Shown one piece after another: positions 54,952-64,000 of a stretch of DNA of 64,000 nt. The position numbers were made by a program, and so were the translations under genes. A model generated the notes under the pieces. That model was given only the letters and a program-made list of their open reading frames with translations. It had not been told where the DNA came from and searched no databases. Origin of the DNA: an uncultured Clostridia bacterium. GTDB taxonomy: Bacteria > Bacillota > Clostridia > Christensenellales > UBA1242. The stretch is from contig CALVNR010000007.1 in NCBI GenBank assembly GCA_944349905.1, forward strand, positions 2,444-66,443, written 5' to 3'. Every line of letters begins with the position of its first letter. Position 1 is the first letter of the stretch.

Positions 54952-55854
54952 ATGTATAAAGAAAATGATAAATTTTGTTTTTCAAATTGTTATTGCAATC
55001 CTTTGGCTATTATAAATCAAAACAAGTTGGATAAAATTGATTTTAGTAAGCCTTTTCAAACTAGTGAAGAACTTATTGATTTTTACGAGTTTGTTTTAGC
55101 AAAAAATTATAAAAGTGGAGTTAAAGATATTTTTATTATAAATGATTTTTTGCTAGATTTGTCAAGTTTTTCAAATAAATATAATTTAAATATTAAAAAC
55201 ATAATTAATGCAGAGAACATTTTTAAGGTACCTTCTTCTTTTTTAGTAGGAAAAGATTTGATTGTAGAGCTTAAAAATATTGAAGAATATTCTGATAATT
55301 TTTTAAGCGAAGTTGTGTCGCTATGTGCAAAATTAGATTTGCCTATTTTAATACATTTTGCAAAAGATTTAACTTCTCTTGGAAAGTTGAGTTCAAAGTA
55401 CAACAAAGCGCCAGAAAAAGTTTTGGAAGATTTTGGATTTCTGGATAGAAAATGTTATTTACTAGGTTGTAATTATTTGGATAAAGATGCGATATATCTA
55501 TTTGATAGTTATGATATTGAATATATTTTCACACCTTTAAGTGATGCAGAAAATGCAAGGGGCTTTTTGAATTTTAAACTTTTTGAAAATAAAATTTGTC
55601 ATATTGGAACTGATGAAGAAAAAGATTTTGATATTTTAAAACAAGCTGATTTTTTGCGACTTACAACAAACAATTTGCTTTGTAAAAATGACATGATTGA
55701 ATATGAAAAATATTTTAAATTATTATCTTTAAATGAAAAGATAATATTAAATAGAAACAACTTAAAAGAATTTTTAAAAATTAAAATTGACTTAAAAGTA
55801 GATGATTTTCAGTTGCTTAGTGAAAAAGTTTTAAAATCGCTTGCACTTAAATAG
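54952..55854 (+). CDS. amidohydrolase-superfamily-like protein lacking the N-terminal HxH metal motif
   Basis: LPILIHFAKD...VLEDFGFLDRKCYLLGCNYLDKDAIYLFDSYDIEYIFTPLSDAENARG...ICHIGTD parallels the MtaD/guanine-deaminase-type middle and C-terminal region. No HxH lies near the N-terminus, and the protein is only 300 aa. Confidence 0.4.
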   Translation: MYKENDKFCFSNCYCNPLAIINQNKLDKIDFSKPFQTSEELIDFYEFVLAKNYKSGVKDIFIINDFLLDLSSFSNKYNLNIKNIINAENIFKVPSSFLVGKDLIVELKNIEEYSDNFLSEVVSLCAKLDLPILIHFAKDLTSLGKLSSKYNKAPEKVLEDFGFLDRKCYLLGCNYLDKDAIYLFDSYDIEYIFTPLSDAENARGFLNFKLFENKICHIGTDEEKDFDILKQADFLRLTTNNLLCKNDMIEYEKYFKLLSLNEKIILNRNNLKEFLKIKIDLKVDDFQLLSEKVLKSLALK

Positions 55855-55898
55855 CAAAAAAATATAAAATAGAGATGTTAAAAACACAAGGAGAAATT

Positions 55899-58049
55899 AT
55901 GGAATTAGCACAAACATTAGCACAAGAATTTGGTATAAAAGAAGAATATTCACAAAATTTAATTAATCTTCTTGACGAAGGTTGCACAATACCTTTCATA
56001 GCTCGTTATAGAAAGGAAATGCATGGAACTTGTGATGACCAAACTATTCGTCAATTTGCAGATAGATTAAAATATTTAAGAAATCTTAATGATGAAAAAG
56101 CAAAAGTTGAAAAAGCTATAACTGAGCAAGGAAAATGGACAGATGAACTTGCACAAGCTCTTGCACAAGCAAAAACTTTAACAGAAGTTGAAGATATTTA
56201 TAGACCTTACAAACCTAAAAGAAAGACGAGGGCTTCTGTCGCAATTGCAAAAGGACTTGAACCTTTGGCTGAGATTTTGCTTGCACAGAGCAAAAAATAT
56301 ATTCTTAAAGATGAAGCAGTCAAATTTATAAATGAAGAGGTTGCAACTATTGAAGATGCAATCAATGGAGCAAAAGATATTGTTGCAGAAAAAATATCTG
56401 ATAATGCTGAATTAAGAAAAGAGCTTAGAACATTAATTGAAAATAAAGCTTTCATAAAATGTGAACTTGTTGAAAATGAAAACAGTTATGTTTATGAAAC
56501 TTATGCTAATTTCAAGCAAGAAATCAAAAATTTGCCTAGTCATAGAATTTTGGCTATCAATAGAGGAGAAAAAGAAAAATGCTTAAAAGTTGATATAGAA
56601 ATCAACCCAGAATTAACTTTGGCAGTTATAAACAAATTTTACAAAAAAGATAATGAAGATACAAATCAAACAATGGAAGAAGTTATACTTGACAGTTATG
56701 ATAGATTGCTTTTCCCATCTTTGGAACGCGAAGCTAGGACAAATTTAACTGACAAAGCAAACGAGCAAGCAATAAAAATGTTTGAGGTAAATTTAAAACC
56801 GTTATTAATGGAAGCTCCACTTAAAAATAATATCATTTTAGGTCTTGATCCAGCTTACAGAACAGGATGTAAAATTGCAGTTATTGACAAAAATGGTGAT
56901 GTTCTTGCAACAACAGTTATTTATCCTACTCCTCCTCAATCAAAAACAGAAGAATCAATAGCAAAACTTAAAGATTTGATTGAAAAATACAAAGTTGACA
57001 TTGTTTCAATTGGAAATGGAACTGCGTCAAAAGAAGCAGAGATTTTTGTTGCAGAACTTATTAAACATGTTTCTAGACCAGTAAGTTATGCAGTTGTTAG
57101 TGAAGCAGGTGCTTCTGTTTACTCTGCAAGCAAACTTGGTGCAGAGGAATTCCCAGATTATGATGTCTCACTCCGTTCTGCTGTTTCAATTGCAAGAAGA
57201 TTGCAAGACCCTCTTGCAGAACTTATTAAAATTGATGTTAAATCTATTGGTGTTGGTCAATATCAACACGATATGCCTCAAAACCGTCTTACAGAAGTTT
57301 TGACGGGTGTTGTTGAAGATTGTGTTAACAGTGTAGGTGTAGATATAAATACAGCTAGTCCAAGTCTTCTTTCTTATGTTTCTGGTCTTAACATGTCTAT
57401 TGCAAAAAATATCGTTGCTTACAGAGCAAAAGTTAAAGGTATTTCAAACAGAGAGCAACTTTTGCAAGTTCCAAAACTTGGACCAAAAGCCTATGAACAA
57501 TGTGCAGGCTTTTTGCGTGTTGTAGGTGGAGATGAAATTTTGGACAATACTGCTGTGCATCCAGAAAGCTACACTTCAACAAGAAAACTTTTAAAGATTT
57601 TTGATTTAACAGAAGAAGATGTAAAAAATGGAAATATTTCTTCTTTGCCAAATTTGATTAATCTTAAAGGCGAAGAAAAAGTTGCAAAGGAATGTGAAAT
57701 TGGTGTTCCGACTTTAAATGATATTGTGAAAGAGTTGTTAAAGCCGGGTAGAGATATTCGTGAAAGCATGCCTAAACCTGTGCTTAGAAGTGATGTGCTT
57801 TCTATGGAAGACCTTAAAGAAGGTATGGTTCTTTCTGGGGTTGTAAGAAATGTTATTGACTTTGGCGCATTTGTAGATATTGGTGTGCATCAAGATGGTC
57901 TTGTTCACATAAGCCAAATTTCAGATGCATTTATTAAACATCCATCAGAAGCATTAAAAGTTGGGCAAAGAGTTGATGTAAAAGTTTTGTCTGTTGACCT
58001 ACAAAAGAAAAGAATTGCTTTGACTATGAAGGGAATTGATAAAGAATAA
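55899..58049 (+). CDS. tex: Tex-like transcription accessory protein (YqgF, HhH and S1 domains)
   Basis: TIPFIARYRKE, LDPAYRTGCKIAV, and a C-terminal S1 domain (GMVLSGVVRNVIDFGAFVDIG...GLVHISQ). The start at 55899 has the SD AAGGAGA. Confidence 0.9.
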   Translation: MELAQTLAQEFGIKEEYSQNLINLLDEGCTIPFIARYRKEMHGTCDDQTIRQFADRLKYLRNLNDEKAKVEKAITEQGKWTDELAQALAQAKTLTEVEDIYRPYKPKRKTRASVAIAKGLEPLAEILLAQSKKYILKDEAVKFINEEVATIEDAINGAKDIVAEKISDNAELRKELRTLIENKAFIKCELVENENSYVYETYANFKQEIKNLPSHRILAINRGEKEKCLKVDIEINPELTLAVINKFYKKDNEDTNQTMEEVILDSYDRLLFPSLEREARTNLTDKANEQAIKMFEVNLKPLLMEAPLKNNIILGLDPAYRTGCKIAVIDKNGDVLATTVIYPTPPQSKTEESIAKLKDLIEKYKVDIVSIGNGTASKEAEIFVAELIKHVSRPVSYAVVSEAGASVYSASKLGAEEFPDYDVSLRSAVSIARRLQDPLAELIKIDVKSIGVGQYQHDMPQNRLTEVLTGVVEDCVNSVGVDINTASPSLLSYVSGLNMSIAKNIVAYRAKVKGISNREQLLQVPKLGPKAYEQCAGFLRVVGGDEILDNTAVHPESYTSTRKLLKIFDLTEEDVKNGNISSLPNLINLKGEEKVAKECEIGVPTLNDIVKELLKPGRDIRESMPKPVLRSDVLSMEDLKEGMVLSGVVRNVIDFGAFVDIGVHQDGLVHISQISDAFIKHPSEALKVGQRVDVKVLSVDLQKKRIALTMKGIDKE

Positions 58050-58069
58050 TTTTTTTGTGGGTGTGTTAA

Positions 58070-58243
58070 ATGAACAAATGTCCATATTGCAATACAAGTT
58101 ATAGTGAAATAGTCCAAACAGGTTTTGTGGGCTGTCAAAGATGTTATCAAGAAATTGATGAACTGAAAAATACAGTCCATAAACTTTATGGTGACAAAAA
58201 GCATAAAGGCAAGATTGTTGGGGGTGAAGATGGAAGAATTTGA
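58070..58243 (+). CDS. mcsA: minimal McsA-like zinc-finger protein (57 aa), activator of McsB; absent from the ORF track
   Basis: My translation is MNKCPYCNTSYSEIVQTGFVGCQRCYQEIDELKNTVHKLYGDKKHKGKIVGGEDGRI. It has CxxC...CxxC, lies directly upstream of mcsB and overlaps it by 14 nt. Confidence 0.6.
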   Translation: MNKCPYCNTSYSEIVQTGFVGCQRCYQEIDELKNTVHKLYGDKKHKGKIVGGEDGRI

Positions 58244-59237
58244 TAACATTGCAATATCTTCTCGTATACGACTTGCAAGAAATGTAGATGGATTAAAATT
58301 TTATACAAAACTTGATAGTGATATTGATGCAAATTATATTGCTAATGCAGTTATAAAAACACTTGATAAATTTGAAGTTTTTAATTATATAAAACTTAAA
58401 GATTTATCTTTAAACGAGTGCAATTCTCTTTTTGAACAGCACCTTATAAGCAAAGAACTTATTGAAAATAAAGACATTTCAAGTGTGGCTATAAGTGAAG
58501 ATGAAAAAATAATTGTTATGATAAATGAAGAAGACCATATAAGAGAACAGTGTATTGAAAATGGTTTTAATTTGTATAAAGCTTATAGACGATTGAATAA
58601 AATTGATAATGAAATAATATCTTCTTTACCTATTGCCTTTGATAAAAATCTTGGATTTATCACAGCATCTCCATCAAATCTTGGAACTGGGATGCGTGCT
58701 TCTGTTATGCTCTTTTTACCAGCACTAGAAATGCAAAAAGAACTTGAAATATTGTTTGCAAGTGCAAAAGAAGCAGGCTTGACAATAAGGGGTATTTATG
58801 GAGAAGGAAGTCAAGCAAAAGGAAGTTTGTATCAAATATCAAATCAAGGCTCTCTTGGTTTAAACGAAGATGAAATTATAGATAATGTAAGTCAATTTAT
58901 ATATGATGTTATAAGCAAAGAAAAACATGCCAGAGAAGAACTCTTGCAAACAAAATACGAAATGTTAAAAGACAAAACTTTGAGGGCATATGGCTTGCTT
59001 ACAAATTGTTATAGTCTTGAAGAAGATGAAATGATGCAACAACTTGCACTTATAAAATTTGGTGATGCTTTGGGCTTTTTGCAAATAAAAGATGATGAAA
59101 AATTTATGAAATTATTTTATAAAGGAGCAAGTGCCAATTTAAAAGAAATTTTTGGTTTTTTTGAAAATAAAAAGGAAAACATTATAAGGAGCGAGTATAT
59201 ATCTACTGAGATAAAAAATCTCGTACATAGGAGGTAG
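58230..59237 (+). CDS. mcsB: protein arginine kinase McsB
   Basis: ISSRIRLARNVDG, ASPSNLGTGMRASV (guanidino kinase signature). Start at MEEFDN. Confidence 0.9.
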   Translation: MEEFDNIAISSRIRLARNVDGLKFYTKLDSDIDANYIANAVIKTLDKFEVFNYIKLKDLSLNECNSLFEQHLISKELIENKDISSVAISEDEKIIVMINEEDHIREQCIENGFNLYKAYRRLNKIDNEIISSLPIAFDKNLGFITASPSNLGTGMRASVMLFLPALEMQKELEILFASAKEAGLTIRGIYGEGSQAKGSLYQISNQGSLGLNEDEIIDNVSQFIYDVISKEKHAREELLQTKYEMLKDKTLRAYGLLTNCYSLEEDEMMQQLALIKFGDALGFLQIKDDEKFMKLFYKGASANLKEIFGFFENKKENIIRSEYISTEIKNLVHRR

Positions 59238-59239
59238 AA

Positions 59240-61687
59240 ATGAATTATCAATCTTCTTCTTTTTCAGATAATATTGAAAAAGTTATAAAAAACGCAAGCA
59301 AAATTGCATTGCGTTTTGGTTCAAATTTAGTAGGTAGCGAACATATTTTGTATGGACTTACCGCAGTGGAAGACAGTTTATCAAGCGAAATTTTGGCAGA
59401 AGAAGGTGTCACTGAAAGCTCTATGTTTAATTTCTTTGAAGAAAATTCTGACGGTGATATTCTTTTTAGCGACCAAGTAGAACTTACTCCGAGAACAAAA
59501 GATTTATTTAGAATTGCACAAGAAATTGCAATTCAAATGAATCACTCTTTTTTGGGCACAGAACATCTTTTACTTGCTCTTCTTTCTAGTAGCGGTTCTG
59601 TTGCTTATAGAATTTTGCAAGGGCCTTTTAATATTGATATAGAAGCATTAAGGGGAAAAGTTATAAGAGCATTGCAGGCAAACAATTCAGCAAACAACGA
59701 AGAAAGTGAAAACGGAAAAGCAACAAAACAAGCAGGAAGCACTTTGCCTGAAAAACTGCTAGATATGGGAACGGATATAACTTTAAAAGCAAAAGAACAT
59801 AAATTAGACCCGGTAATTGGCAGAGAAGAGGAAATACAAAGAGTTGTTGAGATTCTTTGTAGAAAAACAAAAAATAACCCTGTTTTGATAGGTGAAGCTG
59901 GTGTTGGAAAAACTGCTGTTGTTGAGGGACTAGCACAAGCTATTGTATCTGGTGATGTTCCTGAAATTTTGAAAGATAAAGTAATTTACTCTTTGGAAAT
60001 CGGTGGACTTATGGCTGGCACTAAATATCGTGGTAGTATGGAAGAAAAACTTAAAGATGCTATTGAAACTATTATTGCAAGCAAAAATATTATTGTGTTT
60101 ATTGATGAAATTCACACTCTTGCACAAGCAGGAAGCGAAAAAGGTGAAACATCTCCTGCTGATATGTTAAAACCATATCTAGCAAGGGGAGAAATGCAAA
60201 CAATAGGTGCTACTACTACTGATGAGTATAGAAAATTTATTGAGAAAGACAAAGCTCTTGAAAGAAGATTTCAGCCTATCATGGTAAATCCACCATCTGT
60301 TGAACAAACAATCCAAATTTTGAAAGGGTTAAAAGATAGTTACGAAGCTTTTCACAAAATAACTATAACTGATGAAGCTATTGAATCAGCTGCTATATTA
60401 TCTGATAGATATATATCAGACAGAAGCTTGCCTGATAAAGCAATAGACCTTATAGATGAAGCAAGCAGTAAAGCAAAAGTTAATTATACTGTAAAACCAC
60501 AAGAAATAAGAAAAATTGAAGAAAAAATAAAGTCGTTATCTGCAAGCAGAGATGAAGCAAGTTTGCAAAGAAATTATGAAAAAGCAGCCAAGTTGCAATC
60601 TGAAATTATCAATTTAGAAAACGACTTAAAAAGTAAAAATGAAAAGTTTATGGGTGGTGAAAAATCGTCTATAAAAGCTATTGGCGCAAATGAAATTGCA
60701 CAAGTTGTTTCAAAATGGACAGGTATACCTGTTACAAAAATAACTGAAAGTGAAAAAGACAAACTTTTGCACCTTGAAGATATTTTACACAAACGCGTAG
60801 TAGGTCAAAATGAAGCTGTAAATGCTGTTGCGAAGGCAATTAGAAGGTCAAGAGTAGGGTTGCAAGATTCAAAACGCCCAATAGGTTCATTCTTATTTAT
60901 GGGACAAACAGGCGTTGGAAAAACAGAACTTTGTAAAGCTATTGCCGAAGCAATGTTTGATGACGAAAACAATATCGTAAGAATTGATATGAGTGAATAT
61001 ATGGAATCTCATTCGGTTTCTAAATTGATAGGTTCTCCTCCTGGATATGTTGGGTTTGAAGAAGGTGGGCAACTTACAGAACAAGTAAGAAGAAAACCTT
61101 ATTCTGTTGTTTTGTTTGATGAAATTGAAAAAGCACATCCTGACATATTCAATGCTCTTTTACAAATACTTGATGATGGAAGATTGACAGATGGGCAAGG
61201 CAGAACAGTATCCTTTAAAAATACTATAATTATCATGACAAGCAACTTAGGTGCAAATGAAGTAAAAGAACACAGAAGAAGTCTTGGTTTTGGTGGCGAA
61301 GATATTGAAGAAGTAAATTCAAACAAAATATATATGGATGCTTTGAAAAGAAAATTTAAACCAGAATTTATAAACAGAATTGATGTTATATGTGTTTTCC
61401 AACCATTAACACATGATGATTTGGTAAAGATTTCTAAAATACTGATTTCTAATATAAACAAGCGTTTGAAAGAAAAGAATTTATCTTTAAAGATAACAGA
61501 AGATGCATTGGACTATGTAGTTGAAAAAGGTTCTAATACTGAATATGGTGCTAGACCTTTAAAAAGATTTATACAACAAGAAATTGAAGATAACATTGCG
61601 GAAATGATATTAATGGGTAAATTAAAAAATGAAGGTACGATTATTATTGATGTAAAAGAAAATAATCTTACTTTTGAAAATGAATAA
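59240..61687 (+). CDS. clpC: ATP-dependent Clp protease ATP-binding subunit ClpC
   Basis: N-terminal Clp repeats, two AAA+ modules (GEAGVGKTA and GQTGVGKTE), and a UVR-like linker. Confidence 0.95.
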   Translation: MNYQSSSFSDNIEKVIKNASKIALRFGSNLVGSEHILYGLTAVEDSLSSEILAEEGVTESSMFNFFEENSDGDILFSDQVELTPRTKDLFRIAQEIAIQMNHSFLGTEHLLLALLSSSGSVAYRILQGPFNIDIEALRGKVIRALQANNSANNEESENGKATKQAGSTLPEKLLDMGTDITLKAKEHKLDPVIGREEEIQRVVEILCRKTKNNPVLIGEAGVGKTAVVEGLAQAIVSGDVPEILKDKVIYSLEIGGLMAGTKYRGSMEEKLKDAIETIIASKNIIVFIDEIHTLAQAGSEKGETSPADMLKPYLARGEMQTIGATTTDEYRKFIEKDKALERRFQPIMVNPPSVEQTIQILKGLKDSYEAFHKITITDEAIESAAILSDRYISDRSLPDKAIDLIDEASSKAKVNYTVKPQEIRKIEEKIKSLSASRDEASLQRNYEKAAKLQSEIINLENDLKSKNEKFMGGEKSSIKAIGANEIAQVVSKWTGIPVTKITESEKDKLLHLEDILHKRVVGQNEAVNAVAKAIRRSRVGLQDSKRPIGSFLFMGQTGVGKTELCKAIAEAMFDDENNIVRIDMSEYMESHSVSKLIGSPPGYVGFEEGGQLTEQVRRKPYSVVLFDEIEKAHPDIFNALLQILDDGRLTDGQGRTVSFKNTIIIMTSNLGANEVKEHRRSLGFGGEDIEEVNSNKIYMDALKRKFKPEFINRIDVICVFQPLTHDDLVKISKILISNINKRLKEKNLSLKITEDALDYVVEKGSNTEYGARPLKRFIQQEIEDNIAEMILMGKLKNEGTIIIDVKENNLTFENE

Positions 61688-61740
61688 TTTTGTTTGGAAA
61701 AAAGATTAAAATTTGCTACAATAAACTTAGGAGGCGTTAT

Positions 61741-62271
61741 ATGAAAATAGACATTTTGGAAAGAGGTGGCTACAAAGCTGCAAAGAGAATTAAAACGATT
61801 ATTGAGGATAAACTTGCAAGACTTGACAAATATTTTGAAGATGAAGCAAATGCAAAAGTTGTTCTTATTAAAGTTGCAAAACAGGAAAAACTTGAAATAA
61901 CTATAACTTGCAAAGGAATGCTTTTTAGATGTGAAGTTGTAAGTGACAATATGTATAACAATATTGATTATGCTCTTCCAAAACTTGAAAAACAAATTGT
62001 AAGAGAAAATGAAAAGAAAAAAGATAAGAAAAAAGGTAAAAATCTTGTTGAATTTCCATTTGAATTTTTGGAAGAACAACCAGAAGAATTGCCAGCGATT
62101 TATAAAACAAAAACTTTTGACCTTGACCCAATGCTTGTTGATGATGCTAGATTTGCAATAGAAAGATTGGGACATGATTTCTTTGCGTTTTTAAATGCTG
62201 AAAGTGGAAGAATTAATATTTTGTATAAAAGAAAAGATGGCAAATTTGGTCTTATTGATTTAAAATATTAA
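61741..62271 (+). CDS. hpf: ribosome hibernation promoting factor, long form
   Basis: An S30AE N-domain (KLARLDKYF...LEITI) plus a C-terminal dimerisation domain (FFAFLNAESGRINILYKRKDGKFGLIDL). The SD is AGGAGG. Confidence 0.9.
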   Translation: MKIDILERGGYKAAKRIKTIIEDKLARLDKYFEDEANAKVVLIKVAKQEKLEITITCKGMLFRCEVVSDNMYNNIDYALPKLEKQIVRENEKKKDKKKGKNLVEFPFEFLEEQPEELPAIYKTKTFDLDPMLVDDARFAIERLGHDFFAFLNAESGRINILYKRKDGKFGLIDLKY

Positions 62272-62284
62272 TTAATATTTGAGA

Positions 62285-62314
62285 AAAAAGCACTATTTGT
62301 TTAGTGCTTTTTTT
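62285..62314 (+). terminator. intrinsic terminator after hpf
   Basis: AGCACTA (62289-62295), loop TTTGTT, TAGTGCT (62302-62308), then a T run. Confidence 0.8.
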
Positions 62315-62380
62315 GTAATTTAATATTGACTTTTTGTTTTTTGTATGTTAATCTTAAAAATATAACAAAGGAGAAAAGGT

Positions 62381-62716
62381 ATGGAGAAAAAAGAAGTGTT
62401 TAGATTATCCAAAGAGTGGATAGAATTGAAAAATGGACAAGTGGTTGAAAGAGTTAAAAGTTTGTTTTTTAAAAATGAAGAAGATGCTGAAAAAGTTTGC
62501 TTGATGCTTAGAAATCAACAGGAATCTATGGTAAACAAAAATAGTCCTTGTTATTTTGTTGAAAGGGAAGCATTGTCAAATGAAATGTTGGAAAGATATA
62601 TTAAAGCAGGAAAATATTTTCAATCATTTATAGAATATGAAAATCATTGTTTATTTAATTGCAGCAATCAAAATGAATTTAGCACAATAGAAGATTCAAT
62701 GGTTAGAAGTTTTTAG
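62381..62716 (+). CDS. hypothetical protein
   Basis: The SD is AAGGAG. I recognise no motif. Confidence 0.45.
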   Translation: MEKKEVFRLSKEWIELKNGQVVERVKSLFFKNEEDAEKVCLMLRNQQESMVNKNSPCYFVEREALSNEMLERYIKAGKYFQSFIEYENHCLFNCSNQNEFSTIEDSMVRSF

Positions 62717-62730
62717 TATAATATCAAAAT

Positions 62731-62762
62731 AAAAAATATGTTCTCACAAACATATTTTTTTT
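62731..62762. terminator. bidirectional terminator
   Basis: AAAAATATGTT (62732-62742), loop CTCACA, AACATATTTTT (62749-62759). Confidence 0.75.
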
Positions 62763-62772
62763 AACTTATTTT

Positions 62773-63048
62773 TTATTTTGATTCTTTTTTCAAATCATCA
62801 AGCATTTTTGCAAAATGAGCTTTCTTTCTATCTGCACAGTTTTGATGAATTATGTTATCACATGCAGCTTTGTCAAGCAAAGAAGCAACATCATTGTAAG
62901 CAACAGAAGCAACATTGATGTCTTTATTTGCAACAGCAAGTTTAAATTTCTTTTCAAAAGTAGAAATTTTAGATTTTACTGATTTGTTTATAAGTGTTTT
63001 CTTTTCAATAATTCTAACTCTTTTTTCTGCTGATTTTATGTTTGGCAT
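62773..63048 (-). CDS. rpsT: 30S ribosomal protein S20
   Basis: MPNIKSAEKRVR...; SD AAGGAG. Confidence 0.95.
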   Translation of the reverse strand: MPNIKSAEKRVRIIEKKTLINKSVKSKISTFEKKFKLAVANKDINVASVAYNDVASLLDKAACDNIIHQNCADRKKAHFAKMLDDLKKESK

Positions 63049-63148
63049 GTCTAATCTCCTTTAAAATTTTCTATATAAATATAACACAATATATTATGAA
63101 AATCAAGTAAAAACAAATATTTTTTTAAAAAAATCACAAAATATTTTT

Positions 63149-63898
63149 ATGATAGATTTTATTGATGAGTGTTCATATGATTTTCAAAGATTGGGTTATA
63201 AAAAAAACAAAGCAAAAAAATATAATATTGAGTTGCTGTCTTTGTCTGTAAATAATGACAAAGATAGCAAAAATTTAGGATTTGACAAAGGTGATTATTA
63301 TATTATCAATTCTCCACTTGTTAATTATTTGGATAAAAAATGTTTTGATTATACTTCACAGTTGTTAAAAGAGAGATTAAACTTTTTAATAAAACAATAT
63401 CGTATAAAATTATCAAAAAAAACTTTAATTGTAGGACTTGGCAATCCTGAAATTTGGTCGGACAGATTGGGAGTTGAGGTTTGCAATAATTTAAATCTGC
63501 AATTATTAAATAAAAATGTTTTCAAATTTTGTCCAAATGTTTATTTTGAAACAGGAATAAAAACTTTTGATTTGGTTGAAAGTATAGCAAAAAGATTAAA
63601 TTGTGGTTTTATTATTGTTATAGATGCACTTTGTACAAATTCCATTTCAAGACTAGGGTGTTCATTTCAACTTGCAACTTCTGGTATGACACCGGGTAGT
63701 GCATTAAGCATAGGTAACAAAAAAATATGCCAAGCTGAACTAGGTATCCCTTGTTTTTCTATAGGTGTTCCTTTTATGATAAATACACAAAGTTTTGGAT
63801 TTAAACAAGATATTATGCTTGCACCAAAAGATATAAAAGAAAATGTTAAAAATGTTTCTTATATTATATCAAAAGCAATAGAGGAGTGCCTAAAATGA
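63149..63898 (+). CDS. gpr: GPR-type spore/germination protease (A25 family), compact 249-aa form
   Basis: LIVGLGNPEIWSDRLG, IIVIDAL, SGMTPGSALSIGNKK and GIPCFSIGVPF parallel the B. subtilis GPR motifs. It is adjacent and divergent to rpsT, as in B. subtilis. Confidence 0.65.
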   Translation: MIDFIDECSYDFQRLGYKKNKAKKYNIELLSLSVNNDKDSKNLGFDKGDYYIINSPLVNYLDKKCFDYTSQLLKERLNFLIKQYRIKLSKKTLIVGLGNPEIWSDRLGVEVCNNLNLQLLNKNVFKFCPNVYFETGIKTFDLVESIAKRLNCGFIIVIDALCTNSISRLGCSFQLATSGMTPGSALSIGNKKICQAELGIPCFSIGVPFMINTQSFGFKQDIMLAPKDIKENVKNVSYIISKAIEECLK

Positions 63899-64000
63899 AT
63901 TATTATTTATTTATACCATTTTTTTTAATTTTACTTTTGTTTTTGCCTATAAAATTAAAATTAAAGTTTTCTTGTAACTTGTTAAAATTAAACGGAGCAT
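63895..64000 (+). CDS. hypothetical membrane protein, N-terminal fragment (runs off the window)
   Basis: An ATGA overlap joins it to the gpr stop. It begins MNYYLFIPFFLILLLFLPIKLKLKF..., a hydrophobic N-terminus. Confidence 0.35.
   Translation, partial: MNYYLFIPFFLILLLFLPIKLKLKFSCNLLKLNGA

Noticed and set aside
57990-58069. CtsR operator in front of mcsA
   Set aside because: The only GGTCAA(A)-like sequences (minus strand of 58008-58013 and 58031-58037) are separated by about 17 nt rather than forming the tandem heptad repeat with a 3-nt spacer. They also lie inside tex coding sequence.
61513-62175. 220-aa minus-strand ORF spanning the clpC 3' end, the intergenic region and hpf
   Set aside because: It is F/K/I/N-rich low-complexity sequence antisense to two clearly real genes. 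It crosses their SD and start region and has no SD or motif of its own.

Overview
This is 64 kb of AT-rich, gene-dense chromosome. It looks like a small-genome, endospore-forming Firmicute (Clostridia-like). The standard code applies: TGA terminates rimM, gpr and mcsA, and no conserved gene is interrupted by it. I count about 60 protein genes, mostly on the + strand and mostly housekeeping. They include lepA-hemW, a B. subtilis-like ylxM-ffh-rpsP-KH-rimM-trmD block, rbgA, yraN-like, murG, a type IIA topoisomerase pair (parE/parC-like), groES-groEL, tadA, rlmH, greA, RNase J, tsaE-tsaB, minD-minE, rplM-rpsI, a trxB-like reductase, degV, dinB, tex, mcsA-mcsB-clpC, hpf, rpsT and gpr. At the left edge sit the 3' part of a tyrosine integrase, iterated short direct repeats, an intact tRNA-Lys(CTT) and an orphan 5' half of a second tRNA-Lys. 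Together these look like the boundary of an integrated element that continues beyond base 1. I saw no rRNA, CRISPR array or transposase. Three real small genes are missing from the ORF track because they are under 60 aa: an RHH protein (1146-1325), a 2x[4Fe-4S] ferredoxin (40701-40868) and a minimal mcsA (58070-58243). The unexplained content is concentrated at 35.8-49.8 kb. It comprises a zinc-ribbon protein with a poly-acidic tail, a 1109-aa type I membrane protein with four beta-sandwich modules, a TauE/TSUP transporter split into two half-size genes, and a ferredoxin followed by a catalytically degenerate Ppx/GppA-like protein and a divergent MreB-like protein. It also includes minD-minE without minC, and a two-gene operon encoding a 417-aa bitopic protein plus a 1295-aa membrane-anchored protein built from about five internal repeats with no family I can name. 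Other points worth a second look are five operon-first genes whose ATG lies 6-7 nt after a sigma-A type -10 box with no Shine-Dalgarno (leaderless candidates), a TrxB homologue lacking the NADPH-binding HRRxxxR motif, a tandem-OB SSB-like protein, a frameshifted mtnN, and an ABC ATPase with degenerate catalytic motifs. All functional calls rest on motif recognition by eye; no database search was possible.
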